A stretch of DNA of 64,000 bases from Rickettsiales bacterium (GTDB lineage: Bacteria > Pseudomonadota > Alphaproteobacteria > Rickettsiales > SXRF01). The stretch spans positions 1,234,325 to 1,298,324 of the forward strand of contig CAXRIF010000003.1 in the NCBI GenBank assembly GCA_964231325.1. Reading direction: 5' to 3'. The notes below the pieces were generated by a model. It saw only the letters and a list, made by a program, of their open reading frames with translations. It did no database searches and had not been told where the DNA came from. A program made the position numbers and the translations under genes. This document shows, one piece after another, positions 9,464-20,398 of this stretch (the stretch's first letter is position 1; the number at the start of each line of letters is the position of its first letter).

Positions 9464-10653
9464 TTGCTACACACGATGTTTTAACTGAGCGCAGCCTGCA
9501 AATGATCAGCAAGCTGGTGTCGTTCGATAGCATCAGCCATTTACCCAACCTGCCGCTTATTCGTTTTATTGAGGATTACCTCGCGCTTCATCATATCGAG
9601 TATGAGCTGATCCCTTCCGAAGATGGACAAAAGAGTAATTTGCTAGCACGCATCGGCCCGAATGTGGAAGGCGGCATCATTCTTTCCGGCCACACGGACG
9701 TGGTGCCGGTGGAGGGGCAAGCATGGGACAGTGACCCGTTTAATGTGATTGAAAAAGACGGCAAGCTTTATGGTCGCGGCACCTGTGATATGAAATCGTT
9801 CATCGCCGTGTGTTTGGCCATGGCGCCGGAATTCAAAAAACTGAACCTTACCAAACCCATCTATTTTGCTTTTTCTTACGATGAGGAGGTTGGCTGTCTG
9901 GGCGTACCTTCCATGGTAGAGCATATCGGCAAACAGCTACCCAAACCTGCTTATGCTATTATTGGTGAACCTACCATGATGCAGGTCGTCACGGCACATA
10001 AAGGGCTAATGTCATATGAGACAGTGGTGCATGGGTTAGAGTGGCACTCCAGCCAACCGCAAAGTGGCGTGAACGCTGTGCATTACGCATGTAACATTGT
10101 GCAGTTTCTTACAAAGCTAAATGCTGAGCTGAGAGATTCCGGTTTACAGGATGAGCGCTTCACCCCTCCTCACACTACGGCGCATGTCGGGGTTATACAT
10201 GGTGGCACCGCACGCAACATTATTCCAAAACAATGTGTGCTGAATTGGGAAATACGTTTCCTTCCAACCGATGATGCTGACGCACTATTCAAACGTTTTG
10301 AAGCGCATTGCGAATCGCTGGTTAGCGAGATGCGCATCAATTATCCCGAAGCAAATATCGTTACCACACGCAAATCATATATGGCCGGTGTCACCCTGCC
10401 CGATCATGCAACGGACTGCGCGCAGCAAGTAAAACATTTTGCAGGCAGCAATCAGGAATTCGCCGTGTCTTTTGGTACAGAAGCCGGTGTGTTTAATAAT
10501 GGCGGGATTCCTTCGATCGTATGTGGCCCCGGTGATATTGAGCAGGCACACAAGCCCAATGAGTTCGTCGCTGTTTCACAGATCGCAGAATGCGTCACGT
10601 TTATGCGAAAGCTTTGTGATGATGTTTCTAAAAATTCTTTATCCGTTGCCTAA
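9460..10653 (+). CDS. argE: Acetylornithine deacetylase (M20 peptidase, ArgE-like)
   Basis: 397 aa. Motifs [20 protein letters not shown] and [10 protein letters not shown] parallel those of E. coli ArgE. ATGA overlap with folE. Confidence 0.75.
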   Translation: MIATHDVLTERSLQMISKLVSFDSISHLPNLPLIRFIEDYLALHHIEYELIPSEDGQKSNLLARIGPNVEGGIILSGHTDVVPVEGQAWDSDPFNVIEKDGKLYGRGTCDMKSFIAVCLAMAPEFKKLNLTKPIYFAFSYDEEVGCLGVPSMVEHIGKQLPKPAYAIIGEPTMMQVVTAHKGLMSYETVVHGLEWHSSQPQSGVNAVHYACNIVQFLTKLNAELRDSGLQDERFTPPHTTAHVGVIHGGTARNIIPKQCVLNWEIRFLPTDDADALFKRFEAHCESLVSEMRINYPEANIVTTRKSYMAGVTLPDHATDCAQQVKHFAGSNQEFAVSFGTEAGVFNNGGIPSIVCGPGDIEQAHKPNEFVAVSQIAECVTFMRKLCDDVSKNSLSVA

Positions 10654-10674
10654 GAGCTGCTAGCGATAAGACAT

Positions 10675-11067
10675 ATGTATAGCTGCACCACTAGAAATAT
10701 TTCCGTTACGGTTATTCCGCAATATCTGGCCGATCAATCCGAGCCGGAAGATGCACATTATGTGTGGGCATATACCATCCAGCTGGAAAATATGGGCGAA
10801 GAAACAGTGCAGCTCATTAACCGACACTGGCACATCACCGATGGCAATGGTGTAGTGCAGGAAGTGCATGGCGAGGGCGTGATCGGGGAACAACCTGTGT
10901 TGGAGCCGGGAGACACTTATCAATATACCTCCGGTGTACCACTCACCACCAGCTCCGGCATTATGAAGGGACATTATGAAATGCAGGTTGATGAGAAAGA
11001 GATGTTTCTTGTTGAAATACCTGCATTTTCTCTGGATACACCTGAACAAATGCAACGGCCGAATTAG
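10675..11067 (+). CDS. apaG: ApaG protein (DUF525)
   Basis: 130 aa. The ApaG-type sequence is recognisable ([31 protein letters not shown]...[17 protein letters not shown]). Confidence 0.85.
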   Translation: MYSCTTRNISVTVIPQYLADQSEPEDAHYVWAYTIQLENMGEETVQLINRHWHITDGNGVVQEVHGEGVIGEQPVLEPGDTYQYTSGVPLTTSSGIMKGHYEMQVDEKEMFLVEIPAFSLDTPEQMQRPN

Positions 11068-11144
11068 GCTAAAAACCGTCACGAAGTTGTAACATGCAAT
11101 TTTGCCCCTTTCTTGATACTATAGTATTGAGGTAGAAAAGTATT

Positions 11145-11705
11145 ATGAGCGAACAAGGCGGAATGACAGGTGCTGATCTCTTTGCCCGTGGTATTGGGCA
11201 GAGCAGCAGTTCTGGTGGTGACAGCAAAGTCAACGATCAGACTACCGTTGATGCTGTCTTTGATGATGGCGCCGAAATGGCGGCCGGCACTGCAGCAAGA
11301 CTTACTGGTGGCTTGCTTCCTGCCAATATCGGCAAAACTTCAGCGCTTGCTAACATAAGCAGAGAAGAAGGCACTGCCGATAAAAAGATTCTTGAAGGCG
11401 GCATATTACGTGATGCGCCGGGTGGGTTTCTTGCCAAATTATTTCATGATATTTTCATCAAAACACTAGCCCGTAAAGAAGATCACACAGAAGGTGTGGG
11501 TGGCGGTCAGCAAGTCGAAGCTATGGCTGGTAGCGACGCGCCTTCGATTGAGCCTTCTTCAAACAATGCCAGCTTCCAAGATCTCGTAGGTCAGGCCGGA
11601 AGCATGGGTAGCTTTGCCTCTGCCGATATGGGAGGCAGCGCAGAGCCAATCGCTCCAATGCCCGTTGGTGGTGGCGGTCGTAGTGGTGGCTCTCTCGAGG
11701 TATAA
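11145..11705 (+). CDS. Hypothetical Gly/Ser/Ala-rich, predicted-disordered protein
   Basis: 186 aa ORF with a GAGG Shine-Dalgarno upstream. No TM helix, signal peptide or recognisable domain. Low-complexity G/S runs (SSSSGGDS, VGGGGRSGGS). Confidence 0.4.
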   Translation: MSEQGGMTGADLFARGIGQSSSSGGDSKVNDQTTVDAVFDDGAEMAAGTAARLTGGLLPANIGKTSALANISREEGTADKKILEGGILRDAPGGFLAKLFHDIFIKTLARKEDHTEGVGGGQQVEAMAGSDAPSIEPSSNNASFQDLVGQAGSMGSFASADMGGSAEPIAPMPVGGGGRSGGSLEV

Positions 11706-11813
11706 CCTCCCTTAACCTTTTCTTCTTTGCTCTTTTTCCTAAAATAGGTTAGAAAGTTCCTTCTTTCTCATTCTCTTAATTCATGGGAATGGCCAAAAGG
11801 AGTAACTGAATCA

Positions 11814-12941
11814 ATGACCAAAATCGCTATCCCTCGCGAACGCAAAGAAGGTGAACTGCGCGTAGCCATTACGCCTGATACCGCTAAGAAATACATTGCA
11901 CTGGGCGCTTCCGTCTGTGTGGAATCCGAAGCCGGCCATGGTGCCGCCATCCATGATGAAGATTATGAAGCAGTGGGCGCAACTGTCGCCCCTGACGAGG
12001 CAAGCTGCCTGAAAGATGCGGATATCGTGCTTAAAGTACGTATTCCCGAAAAAGAAGAATTCGAACATATTAAGGGTGGTGCCATACTGATTGGTATGCT
12101 TGACCCTTATAGCGAACATGAAGCGCTGGATCGCTATAACCAGCGGAAGCTCTCTACCTTTGCTATGGAACTGCTGCCGCGCATCAGCCGCGCACAATCC
12201 ATGGATGTGCTCTCCTCCCAAAGCAACCTTGCGGGTTATCGCGCCGTGATTGATGCGGTGGCCACGTTTGGCAAGGCGGTGCCAATGATGATGACCGCGG
12301 CGGGCACTGTGGCTCCAGCCAAAGTATTGGTACTGGGTGCGGGTGTTGCGGGTCTGCAAGCCATCGCCACCGCTAAACGCTTAGGCGCAGTGGTCTCCGC
12401 ATTCGATGTGCGCCCTGTGGTGAAGGAACAGGTAGAAAGCCTTGGCGCAAAATTCATCGAAGTGCCTGTGGAAGAAAGCGAAGACGCAGAAACCAGTGGC
12501 GGATACGCCAAGGAAATGAGCGAAGAATATAAGCAAAAGCAAAACCAACTCATTGCTGACACTATTAAAAAACAGGATGTGGTGATTACCACTGCGCTGA
12601 TTCCTGGAAAACCTGCGCCTGTGCTGATCACCGAAGAAATGGTCAAAGACATGAAGCCCGGCTCTATGATCGTGGATCTGGCAGCCACCGCAGGCGGCAA
12701 CTGCCCGCTTACCGAGCTGGACGAAGTGATCATGCGCCATGACGTAACTATTATCGGCTTTGGCAATATGCCGAGCCGTGTGGCGGTGGATGCCAGCCAG
12801 CTTTATTCGCGCAATCTCTATAATTTTGTCTCTACATTAATGCTCACAGCTGAAGGGCTGGATGTGAAATGGGATGATGAGCTTATTGGTGGCACATTGC
12901 TTACTAAAGATGGTGACACCGTAAACAGTAAATTCAAGTGA
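11814..12941 (+). CDS. pntAA: NAD(P) transhydrogenase subunit alpha part 1 (dI)
   Basis: 375 aa, alanine-dehydrogenase-like fold with a Rossmann motif (VLVLGAGVAGLQA). First gene of the split pnt operon. Confidence 0.9.
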   Translation: MTKIAIPRERKEGELRVAITPDTAKKYIALGASVCVESEAGHGAAIHDEDYEAVGATVAPDEASCLKDADIVLKVRIPEKEEFEHIKGGAILIGMLDPYSEHEALDRYNQRKLSTFAMELLPRISRAQSMDVLSSQSNLAGYRAVIDAVATFGKAVPMMMTAAGTVAPAKVLVLGAGVAGLQAIATAKRLGAVVSAFDVRPVVKEQVESLGAKFIEVPVEESEDAETSGGYAKEMSEEYKQKQNQLIADTIKKQDVVITTALIPGKPAPVLITEEMVKDMKPGSMIVDLAATAGGNCPLTELDEVIMRHDVTIIGFGNMPSRVAVDASQLYSRNLYNFVSTLMLTAEGLDVKWDDELIGGTLLTKDGDTVNSKFK

Positions 12942-12949
12942 GGACATAA

Positions 12950-13357
12950 ATGGCCTATAACGAAAATATCAGCAACCGTGCTCAGGAGCTTGCCGAAGAA
13001 GCGGCAAGACTAGCGCAGGATGCAGCGACCATGCAGCAACAAAGTGGCGGCGTTGATCCGTTCATCTTCGGGCTCACCGTTTTCGTACTCGCTTGTTTCG
13101 TTGGGTATTACGTGGTGTGGAAGGTAACCCCTGCACTACACACGCCGCTAATGGCGGTTACCAACGCTATTTCCGGCATTATCATTATCGGTGCTATCAT
13201 CGCACTCGGCCCGGAAGCCGGTGGCGAATTCTCACATACGGTAGGCTTCATCGCTGTGGTCATCGCTTCCATCAATATCTTTGGCGGGTTCATTGTCACC
13301 CAGCGCATGCTTGGCATGTTCCAAAAGAAAACCCCTTCAACCCAAGAGGAGAAATAA
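12950..13357 (+). CDS. pntAB: NAD(P) transhydrogenase subunit alpha part 2 (membrane dII-a)
   Basis: 135 aa with 3-4 TM helices ([25 protein letters not shown]). Its position between pntAA and pntB supports the call. Confidence 0.85.
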   Translation: MAYNENISNRAQELAEEAARLAQDAATMQQQSGGVDPFIFGLTVFVLACFVGYYVVWKVTPALHTPLMAVTNAISGIIIIGAIIALGPEAGGEFSHTVGFIAVVIASINIFGGFIVTQRMLGMFQKKTPSTQEEK

Positions 13358-13358
13358 T

Positions 13359-13823
13359 ATGAACGACGGAAAAACATGCAAAAAAGTTGGCATGAAATGC
13401 CTGATCCCCGTTGCAGCAGTGTTTGTAGTGCTGTTCGTATTCCAGTGGTTGTATCACGGCATTTACATGTTGCCTGCGTATGAAGCCACTGCTGATATGT
13501 GGCGCAGCGAAGCCGAAATGCAGGAGTTGATGTGGATTTGTTATGTGACAAAACTCCTCATGGCGTTTGCGCTCAGTGCTATTTATTGCTGTGTATCTTA
13601 TGGCGCGGATTGCCAAGGAAAATCCATGAAAAAAGGCTTTGGTTTCGGGCTTATGATTGGTCTGTTCCTCGGCGCACACGACTTTGCCAGCTATATCTGG
13701 ATGCCTATTGATATGAGCATGGCGATTCACTGGTTTGTTGGTGATATTATTATGGGTGTACTGATTGGTGTGACATTGGCGTTCGTGACCAGCAAATGTA
13801 AAGGCGAAGGGAAAACCGCGTGA
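13359..13823 (+). CDS. Small integral membrane protein of unknown function inserted in the pnt operon (possibly DUF1761-like)
   Basis: Internal ATG 13359 was chosen, preceded by GAGGAGA. It starts 2 nt after the pntAB stop, and its stop overlaps the GTG start of pntB. 154 aa with about 4 hydrophobic helices and several Cys. The family assignment is a guess. Confidence 0.5.
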   Translation: MNDGKTCKKVGMKCLIPVAAVFVVLFVFQWLYHGIYMLPAYEATADMWRSEAEMQELMWICYVTKLLMAFALSAIYCCVSYGADCQGKSMKKGFGFGLMIGLFLGAHDFASYIWMPIDMSMAIHWFVGDIIMGVLIGVTLAFVTSKCKGEGKTA

Positions 13824-15214
13824 GTAATACGACTGCCCTTCTCTATCTTGTTGCCTCAGTCCTATTCATCTTGGCACTGAAAGGCTTATCGTCACCTGAG
13901 TCTGCCCGTCGCGGAAACTTGTATGGTATGATCGGGATGGCAATCGCCATCGTCACCACCCTCGCCTTGCCTGTTATCAGCAACTATTTCAGCATCCTTG
14001 CCGGTATTGCTATTGGTGGCGCGATCGGTACGGTGATTGCCAAACGTATTCAGATGACGGCCATGCCTCAGCTGGTGGCTGCGTTCCACTCGCTGGTTGG
14101 TTTAGCTGCCGTACTTATTGCAGCTGGTGCATTATGGGCACCTGAATCCTACGGTCTGGGTGTTAGCGGCAGCTTGCCTTTCGGTAGCTTGCTGGAAATG
14201 AGCTTGGGTGCAGCGATTGGTGCCATCACCTTCTCTGGCTCAGTCATCGCTTTTGCCAAGCTACAAGGCATCATGTCGGGAAAACCACTGCGCTTTTCCG
14301 GTCAGCATATGGTCAATGCTGGTATTGGCGCTGCTATCTTACTGTTGATCCTGATCTTCTGTTTCAGCGAAAGCAAAACCATGTTTGTCATCATGGTAGC
14401 ACTTTCATTCCTGATCGGTTTCTTACTTATTGTACCGATTGGCGGCGCAGATATGCCAGTGGTCGTATCTATGCTGAACTCTTATTCTGGCTGGGCGGCA
14501 TCCGGCATTGGCTTCACCCTTGGCAACACCATGCTTATCATCACTGGTGCGCTGGTTGGCGCTTCAGGCGCGATTCTTTCATACATCATGTGTAAGGCCA
14601 TGAACCGCTCGATCATTAATGTAATCTTTGGTGGTTTTGGCAGCGATGATGCCGCAAGTGCTGCCGCAGGCGGCGGCGAAGAAGACCGGCCGGTAAAATC
14701 CGGCAGCGCGGAAGATGCTGCCTTCCTGATGAAAAATGCGGGCTCTGTGATCATCGTTCCTGGCTATGGTATGGCTGTTGCACAAGCGCAGCATGCCTTA
14801 CGCGAGATGGCTGAAGAGCTGGAAAAAGAAGGCATCAAGGTACGCTATGCAATTCACCCAGTGGCGGGACGTATGCCCGGCCATATGAACGTATTGCTTG
14901 CTGAAGCGAATGTGCCGTATGACAGCGTGTTTGAGCTGGAAGAAATCAACAACGACTTTGCCACTACTGATGTGGTGTATGTGATTGGCGCCAATGACGT
15001 GACCAACCCGGCAGCCAAGAGTGATCCGGCTAGCCCAATTTATGGTATGCCGATTCTTGATGTGGCACAGGCCAAAACCGTGATCTTCAACAAACGCTCT
15101 ATGGCAGCGGGTTACGCAGGGATTCAAAACGAATTATTCTTCCAGGACAACACCATGATGCTGTTTGGGGATGCCAAGAAAGTAACCGAAGATCTGGTAA
15201 AGGCGCTGAAGTAA
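13820..15214 (+). CDS. pntB: NAD(P) transhydrogenase subunit beta
   Basis: 464 aa. N-terminal polytopic membrane domain plus a C-terminal dIII NADP(H)-binding domain ([34 protein letters not shown]). Confidence 0.95.
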   Translation: MSNTTALLYLVASVLFILALKGLSSPESARRGNLYGMIGMAIAIVTTLALPVISNYFSILAGIAIGGAIGTVIAKRIQMTAMPQLVAAFHSLVGLAAVLIAAGALWAPESYGLGVSGSLPFGSLLEMSLGAAIGAITFSGSVIAFAKLQGIMSGKPLRFSGQHMVNAGIGAAILLLILIFCFSESKTMFVIMVALSFLIGFLLIVPIGGADMPVVVSMLNSYSGWAASGIGFTLGNTMLIITGALVGASGAILSYIMCKAMNRSIINVIFGGFGSDDAASAAAGGGEEDRPVKSGSAEDAAFLMKNAGSVIIVPGYGMAVAQAQHALREMAEELEKEGIKVRYAIHPVAGRMPGHMNVLLAEANVPYDSVFELEEINNDFATTDVVYVIGANDVTNPAAKSDPASPIYGMPILDVAQAKTVIFNKRSMAAGYAGIQNELFFQDNTMMLFGDAKKVTEDLVKALK

Positions 15215-15275
15215 TGACTTGCCCCACGCCATCTATTTCCGTAGTATCAAACACCTAAACACCGAAGGAGTTTCT

Positions 15276-15533
15276 ATGCCCAAAACATCTGCTAATGCCA
15301 AACCAGTTGACCCTAACATCTCCTTTGAAGAAGCGCTGAAAGAGCTTGAATCTATCGTGCGCAAGCTGGAAAACGGTACAGCAGACCTGGATGCTTCGAT
15401 ACAGGATTATACGCGTGGTACAGAGCTCAAAACTTTCTGTGAGAGCAAGCTGAAAGACGCACGGATGAAGGTTGAAACCATCCTGAAAGCGCAAGATGGC
15501 AAAGCAGAAACTGAACCTATGGATGCTGCGTAA
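15276..15533 (+). CDS. xseB: Exodeoxyribonuclease VII small subunit
   Basis: The internal ATG with a GGAG Shine-Dalgarno gives 85 aa (SFEEALKELESIVRKLENG...). It lies immediately upstream of ispA, as in the classic xseB-ispA arrangement. Confidence 0.8.
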   Translation: MPKTSANAKPVDPNISFEEALKELESIVRKLENGTADLDASIQDYTRGTELKTFCESKLKDARMKVETILKAQDGKAETEPMDAA

Positions 15534-15535
15534 TC

Positions 15536-16501
15536 ATGGCCGAACTTCCTGCTCAGCTTAAAGAAGCAATTACCGATACCTCCGAAGCTTTAGAAGAACG
15601 CATGGGCGAACTGCTACGTGCGCCTGAAGCTTACGCTACTACCGTCATTTCTATGAACCCTAAAGCATCTGCAAAGGCAGATAATGGCCATGTGCAAGGC
15701 GAAGAAGCCGTGCTTGAAGCAATGCGCTATTCTGCACTTTCTGGCGGTAAACGCCTGCGCCCTTTCCTTACCATATGCTCAGCCAGCCTGTTTGGTGTGA
15801 GCAGAGAATCGGCTATCGAAACAGCGGCAGCTATTGAGTTCATTCATACCTATTCTTTGATCCATGATGATCTTCCAGCCATGGATAATGACGATCTACG
15901 CCGTGGAAAGCCAAGCTGCCACAAAGCTTTTGGTGAAGCAGCGGCGATTCTGGCTGGTGATGGACTGCAGGCTTATGCTTTCCAGATTCTTTCTAGCAAC
16001 CGTACACATGCTGACCCTAAGGTACGCTGCGAACTTATTTCTGCACTGGCGCAAGCGGCCGGTTGCTGGGGCATGGTCGGGGGCCAGATGATGGATATGC
16101 AAGCGGAACATCAAGAACTATCGACTGATGAGATTATTCGTCTGCAACGCATGAAAACTGGTGAGCTGTTTGCCATCTCTTGTGAAGCTGGCGCGATTCT
16201 TGGCAAAGCACCACATATGATGCGCAAACTGCTACGTGCTTATGCCCATGATATGGGGCTTGCCTTCCAAATCACCGATGACTTGCTGGATGCAGAAGGC
16301 ACGCGCACCAAAGTGGGTAAAACCGTGCGTAAAGATAAGCACGCAGGCAAGGCCACATTGGTGGGCAGCATGGGTATTGAACGCGCACGTGATCACGCTG
16401 AAACGCTGGTTGAACAAGCAATCTCGCATTTGTCTGTGTTCGATAAAAAGGCCGATGGGCTGCGCCAGATGGCACGCTTCGTCATTGAGCGTAAATCATA
16501 G
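15536..16501 (+). CDS. ispA: Farnesyl/geranylgeranyl diphosphate synthase
   Basis: Both Asp-rich motifs are present (LIHDDLPAMDNDDLRRGKP and FQITDDLLD). Confidence 0.9.
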   Translation: MAELPAQLKEAITDTSEALEERMGELLRAPEAYATTVISMNPKASAKADNGHVQGEEAVLEAMRYSALSGGKRLRPFLTICSASLFGVSRESAIETAAAIEFIHTYSLIHDDLPAMDNDDLRRGKPSCHKAFGEAAAILAGDGLQAYAFQILSSNRTHADPKVRCELISALAQAAGCWGMVGGQMMDMQAEHQELSTDEIIRLQRMKTGELFAISCEAGAILGKAPHMMRKLLRAYAHDMGLAFQITDDLLDAEGTRTKVGKTVRKDKHAGKATLVGSMGIERARDHAETLVEQAISHLSVFDKKADGLRQMARFVIERKS

Positions 16502-16509
16502 TTGCTGGT

Positions 16510-16920
16510 ATGGACTTGTATCTCGATGTTCTGATAGAAAGCGCATGGAGAGCCAGCTTCATCCCCCTTCCTTCTGAAGCAACCTTAGCTGCGATGAAAG
16601 CCTTTGGTGGCTACCACATTCCGCTGGGTGTAGCGATGGCTGTAATTGGCGGCGTGGCAGCACAAATGCTCAACTGGTGGATTGGCACCCTGCTTTTCAA
16701 ACTACGCAATCGTTCGGGTGGATGGAACATTCCTGAAACAACGATGGCTAAAGCCCAACACATCTTCACCAAATACGCCGTATTCCTGTTGCTATTCGCC
16801 TGGGGAGTCTTTGGCAATGTATTGGTGCTAGTGGCCGGTTTCCTCGGCGCTAAACCGAAAATGGTGTTACCACTGCTTATTGTCGGCTACGCCGCGCACT
16901 ATGGGATGTATTTGCTCTAA
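16510..16920 (+). CDS. YqaA-like (DedA-superfamily) small membrane protein
   Basis: 136 aa with about 4 TM helices and an N-terminal FIPLPSE motif typical of DedA/YqaA proteins. Confidence 0.5.
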   Translation: MDLYLDVLIESAWRASFIPLPSEATLAAMKAFGGYHIPLGVAMAVIGGVAAQMLNWWIGTLLFKLRNRSGGWNIPETTMAKAQHIFTKYAVFLLLFAWGVFGNVLVLVAGFLGAKPKMVLPLLIVGYAAHYGMYLL

Positions 16921-17498
16921 GGCGCGCCACGCGCAGGCCCTTGCTTGCGCTTGTTAGGAATCCTATCGCACATTGTTTTGATGGCGCTTAGAATATCGTC
17001 ATAAATCAGTTCCAGCTTTTCTGGTGGGTATTTTTGGGCGTCACTCAGTGCCTGCTCAGGGTCATCGTAACTTGTAGATAAAACCTGTAATGCATCTCTT
17101 TGGTAGTTAATAACTGGGGATCTTGTTTTAAGCATTGCCTTTCGTGGATGCAAAGAAAGCGTCGCGCGTCTGTAAACGTAATCACTTTGCTCGGATAGCA
17201 ACTCGGCAAGCGCACTCGCTCTTGAGACAATATCGCTATCTACACCTTTAGGTAAATCACCAAGAGCGACGCGCGCATGTAATGAGGCTGCGACCTTAAT
17301 CTCATTGACGAAATACTCCCCAATTTCTTCATCTGTCAGGTCTGCAATGTCTGTCGCTATGCGTTGTTTATGGATAGCGGCCGTAGCCATCTCAGTAGCA
17401 GTAAGCGCAGGTGGAGGTGGTAGTTTATTACACCCTGCATTACTTAATGCGGTGCCGGCTATCATCGCAGCACCTACCCTGTTTACCCATTTATCCAT
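16917..17498 (-). CDS. Hypothetical exported protein (possible lipoprotein)
   Basis: 193 aa. The N-terminal hydrophobic segment ends in a non-canonical lipobox (ALSNAGC). No recognisable domain. Confidence 0.4.
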   Translation of the reverse strand: MDKWVNRVGAAMIAGTALSNAGCNKLPPPPALTATEMATAAIHKQRIATDIADLTDEEIGEYFVNEIKVAASLHARVALGDLPKGVDSDIVSRASALAELLSEQSDYVYRRATLSLHPRKAMLKTRSPVINYQRDALQVLSTSYDDPEQALSDAQKYPPEKLELIYDDILSAIKTMCDRIPNKRKQGPARGAP

Positions 17499-17542
17499 TT
17501 GGTTAATATAAATTATATATTATTACCAAACAAGCGATAAAC

Positions 17543-17570
17543 AAAAAAGGCCGCCCGGAGGCGGCCTTTT
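17543..17570. terminator. Bidirectional Rho-independent terminator
   Basis: AAAAAA-GGCCGCC-cgga-GGCGGCC-TTTT is a perfect 7 bp GC stem with a 4 nt loop. A-run and T-run flanks let it terminate transcripts arriving on either strand. It lies 21 nt downstream of the hppA stop codon (minus-strand transcript) and upstream of the start of the 16917-17498 gene, so it may also insulate that gene from hppA read-through. Confidence 0.7.
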
Positions 17571-17591
17571 GATTGGTTATACTTACCCGTA

Positions 17592-19667
17592 TTAGTGAGC
17601 AAGTAGTGCGAGGAGCAGGATCGCTACGATGTTGGCGATCTTGATCATCGGGTTCACCGCAGGGCCTGCCGTATCTTTATACGGATCACCTACAGTGTCA
17701 CCAGTTACTGCCGCGTGGTGGGCATCAGAACCCTTACCGCCACAGTTACCTTCCTCGATGTATTTCTTCGCGTTATCCCATGCACCGCCACCGGCAGTCA
17801 TTGAGATGGCTACGAACAGGCCAGTGATGATGATACCAAGTAGCATCGCACCGAGTGCTGCAAACGCAGCTGCCTGACCGGCAATAGCACAGATCACGAA
17901 ATACAGGATTACTGGCGCACCAACTGGCAGCAATGAAGGAACAATCATTTCCTTAATGGCCGCTTTAGTCAGCATGTCTACTGCGCGACCATAATCTGGC
18001 TTCGCAGTACCAGCCATAATGCCTGGGATTTCTTTGAACTGGCGGCGAACTTCTACCACCACGGAACCCGCAGCACGGCCAACCGCCATCATGCCCATAG
18101 CGCCGAAGAGGTATGGCAACAGACCACCCATCAACAGGCCAACTACAACATATGGATCAGACAATACGAACGCTACTTCCACATCTGGGAAATAATGTTT
18201 CAGGTCTTCCGTGTATGCCGCGAAAAGCACCAGCGCTGCAAGAGCCGCAGAACCGATCGCATAACCTTTAGTCACTGCTTTAGTAGTGTTACCTACTGCA
18301 TCCAGCGCATCAGTGGTTTCGCGAACATCATTTGGCAAACCAGACATCTCGGCGATACCGCCTGCGTTATCGGTTACCGGACCGTATGCATCAAGTGCTA
18401 CCACGATACCTGCAAGTGCAAGCATAGTAGTTGCCGCAACAGCAATACCGAACAGGCCACACAGCATGTAAGCTACGATGATACCACCGCAGATTACGAT
18501 CGCTGGAAACGCAGTTGCTTCCATTGATACAGCCAGACCTTGAATCACGTTTGTACCGTGACCCGTGGTTGATGCTTGCGCAACGCTTTTTACCGGACGG
18601 AACTCAGTCGAAGTGTAGTACTCAGTGATCCATACCAGTGCAGCTGTTACTGCCATACCGACTACGGCACAGTAGAATACATGACGACCAAGGAAGTCCT
18701 GACCAGCAATCACGTATGTGCTGTCGAGACCAATGATCCAGTCAGTAGCAAACCAAATACCCACCAAGCCAAGCACTGCGCTCCAGATGAAGCCTTTATA
18801 GAGTGCGTTCATGATGTTTTGCTTCTTGCCAAGCTTCACGAAGAATGTACCTACGATAGAAGCAAGGATACATACTGCGCCAACCGCTAGCGGATAAAGC
18901 ATCATTGCTGATTGCTCCAGGCCAGTGAAGTAAATCGCTGCAAGCAACATGGTTGCTACTAGTGTTACTACGTATGTTTCGAACAAGTCAGCAGCCATAC
19001 CTGCACAGTCACCCACGTTGTCACCCACGTTATCAGCGATAACGGCAGGGTTACGTGGATCATCTTCAGGAATGTTTGCTTCTACTTTACCTACAAGGTC
19101 AGCACCTACGTCTGCACCTTTGGTAAAAATACCACCACCAAGACGGGCGAAGATTGAAATCAGTGATGCACCGAATGACAGTGCCACGAGAGCCTCAAGG
19201 ATCTTACGTGTTTCAAGCCCCATGCCAAGTAGCATGTTGTAATATAGCGCTATACCTAGAAGGCCAAGTCCCACTACCAACATACCCGTTACGGCACCTG
19301 ATTTGAACGCGATGGTAAGTGCTGGTTGCACACCAGACTTAGCCGCTTCTGCTGTGCGCACGTTAGCGCGTACAGAAATGTTCATGCCGATATAGCCAGC
19401 GATACCAGAAAGCACCGCACCAATAGCAAAACCAACGCCAACAAACCAATCAAGTTGCCATGACAGCAAAATGCAGATCACCACACCTACAACGGCGATG
19501 GCACGATATTGACGGTTAAGATAAGCGCGTGCGCCTTCTTGAATAGCTGACGCAATGTTGATCATCTTTTCTGAGCCTGCAGGGGCAGCCATAATAGAAC
19601 GGCCAGCTAGCACGCCATATAACAACGACGCTACACCGCAAACGATGATAAAGGTGATTGGATCCAT
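17592..19667 (-). CDS. hppA: H+-translocating pyrophosphatase, K+-independent type
   Basis: 691 aa polytopic protein with [16 protein letters not shown] and DNVGDNVGD motifs. GNTTKA (Lys rather than Ala) marks the K+-independent subclass. Confidence 0.95.
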   Translation of the reverse strand: MDPITFIIVCGVASLLYGVLAGRSIMAAPAGSEKMINIASAIQEGARAYLNRQYRAIAVVGVVICILLSWQLDWFVGVGFAIGAVLSGIAGYIGMNISVRANVRTAEAAKSGVQPALTIAFKSGAVTGMLVVGLGLLGIALYYNMLLGMGLETRKILEALVALSFGASLISIFARLGGGIFTKGADVGADLVGKVEANIPEDDPRNPAVIADNVGDNVGDCAGMAADLFETYVVTLVATMLLAAIYFTGLEQSAMMLYPLAVGAVCILASIVGTFFVKLGKKQNIMNALYKGFIWSAVLGLVGIWFATDWIIGLDSTYVIAGQDFLGRHVFYCAVVGMAVTAALVWITEYYTSTEFRPVKSVAQASTTGHGTNVIQGLAVSMEATAFPAIVICGGIIVAYMLCGLFGIAVAATTMLALAGIVVALDAYGPVTDNAGGIAEMSGLPNDVRETTDALDAVGNTTKAVTKGYAIGSAALAALVLFAAYTEDLKHYFPDVEVAFVLSDPYVVVGLLMGGLLPYLFGAMGMMAVGRAAGSVVVEVRRQFKEIPGIMAGTAKPDYGRAVDMLTKAAIKEMIVPSLLPVGAPVILYFVICAIAGQAAAFAALGAMLLGIIITGLFVAISMTAGGGAWDNAKKYIEEGNCGGKGSDAHHAAVTGDTVGDPYKDTAGPAVNPMIKIANIVAILLLALLAH

Positions 19668-19816
19668 GGGATAAAACTCCTTAAGTAAGTAAGAAATGGA
19701 AATAAATAAAGGAGGCTTTATTGCCAGATGCGAGGGGCGGATGCAAGCACAAGTACCATCAAGGGGCAGGCTATTATTTAATCTGTTGTATTATCACAAC
19801 ATTAACACCAGTTTTT

Positions 19817-20395
19817 TTAACGCGAATACGAGGTCATTTTGCGCAAACGGCGCTGTGAAACCACTCCTGCATCTTCGTCCACTAATTGGCCTGCCGCGTC
19901 AAAAACAGCAATATAGGGAAGCCCGTTATTGTAGCTACTTCCTGTACGGCTAAGTGCTTTTTCCAATGAATTTACTGCACTGGCTTTGACAATGTACGGC
20001 GTAAACAGCTCTTCATAATGCCCCGCAAGCAAATAAACCGCCAATGCACGATAATCCGTATCGAGCGAGAAAAATACACGATTCATATGATCCAGCTCTT
20101 TGTCTACGATCATCTCCATAATATTTGGCATCAACATCCGGCAAGCAGGACACCAAGAGGCATAGACGACCATCAGCGTGTGTTTTCCTTCTGCATTGCG
20201 CAGCAAAGGAAGTGTTTCATTTGCTCTAAGCGACACAATAGACTGAGACACCTCGGTCACCTGATCCATTGTGATCTCACGAGGTGGATTGAGAATTGGG
20301 TTGATAATGTGCATCACCGCCATCAACAACAAAGCGATTACACCCGCCTTGATAATAAAGCCTATATCACGCGACGCGCGTTCCTTCGGTTCCAT
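19817..20395 (-). CDS. Membrane-anchored thioredoxin-fold thiol:disulfide oxidoreductase (TlpA/ResA-like)
   Basis: 192 aa with one N-terminal TM helix and a WCPAC redox motif in a thioredoxin-like context. Confidence 0.7.
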   Translation of the reverse strand: MEPKERASRDIGFIIKAGVIALLLMAVMHIINPILNPPREITMDQVTEVSQSIVSLRANETLPLLRNAEGKHTLMVVYASWCPACRMLMPNIMEMIVDKELDHMNRVFFSLDTDYRALAVYLLAGHYEELFTPYIVKASAVNSLEKALSRTGSSYNNGLPYIAVFDAAGQLVDEDAGVVSQRRLRKMTSYSR

Positions 20396-20398
20396 GGC

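Noticed and set aside
12236-12766. 176 aa and 119 aa minus-strand ORFs inside pntAA. Similar long antisense ORFs occur at 21790-22278 (rsmB), 23504-24052 (rpe/sigma), 33400-33873 (fmt), 41764-42258 (pabB), 56189-56662 (birA) and 57265-57708 (nuoN).
   Set aside because: All lie opposite confidently identified conserved genes and give low-complexity Ser/Ala/Pro-rich translations. These are typical shadow ORFs.
19668-19816. Possible regulatory RNA or terminator between the thioredoxin gene and hppA (AATAAA-ggaggc-TTTATT hairpin and repeated AGGGGC motifs).
   Set aside because: The stem is only 6 A/T base pairs and is not followed by a U-run in the transcribed orientation. The repeats are short and not inverted. 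Evidence is insufficient.
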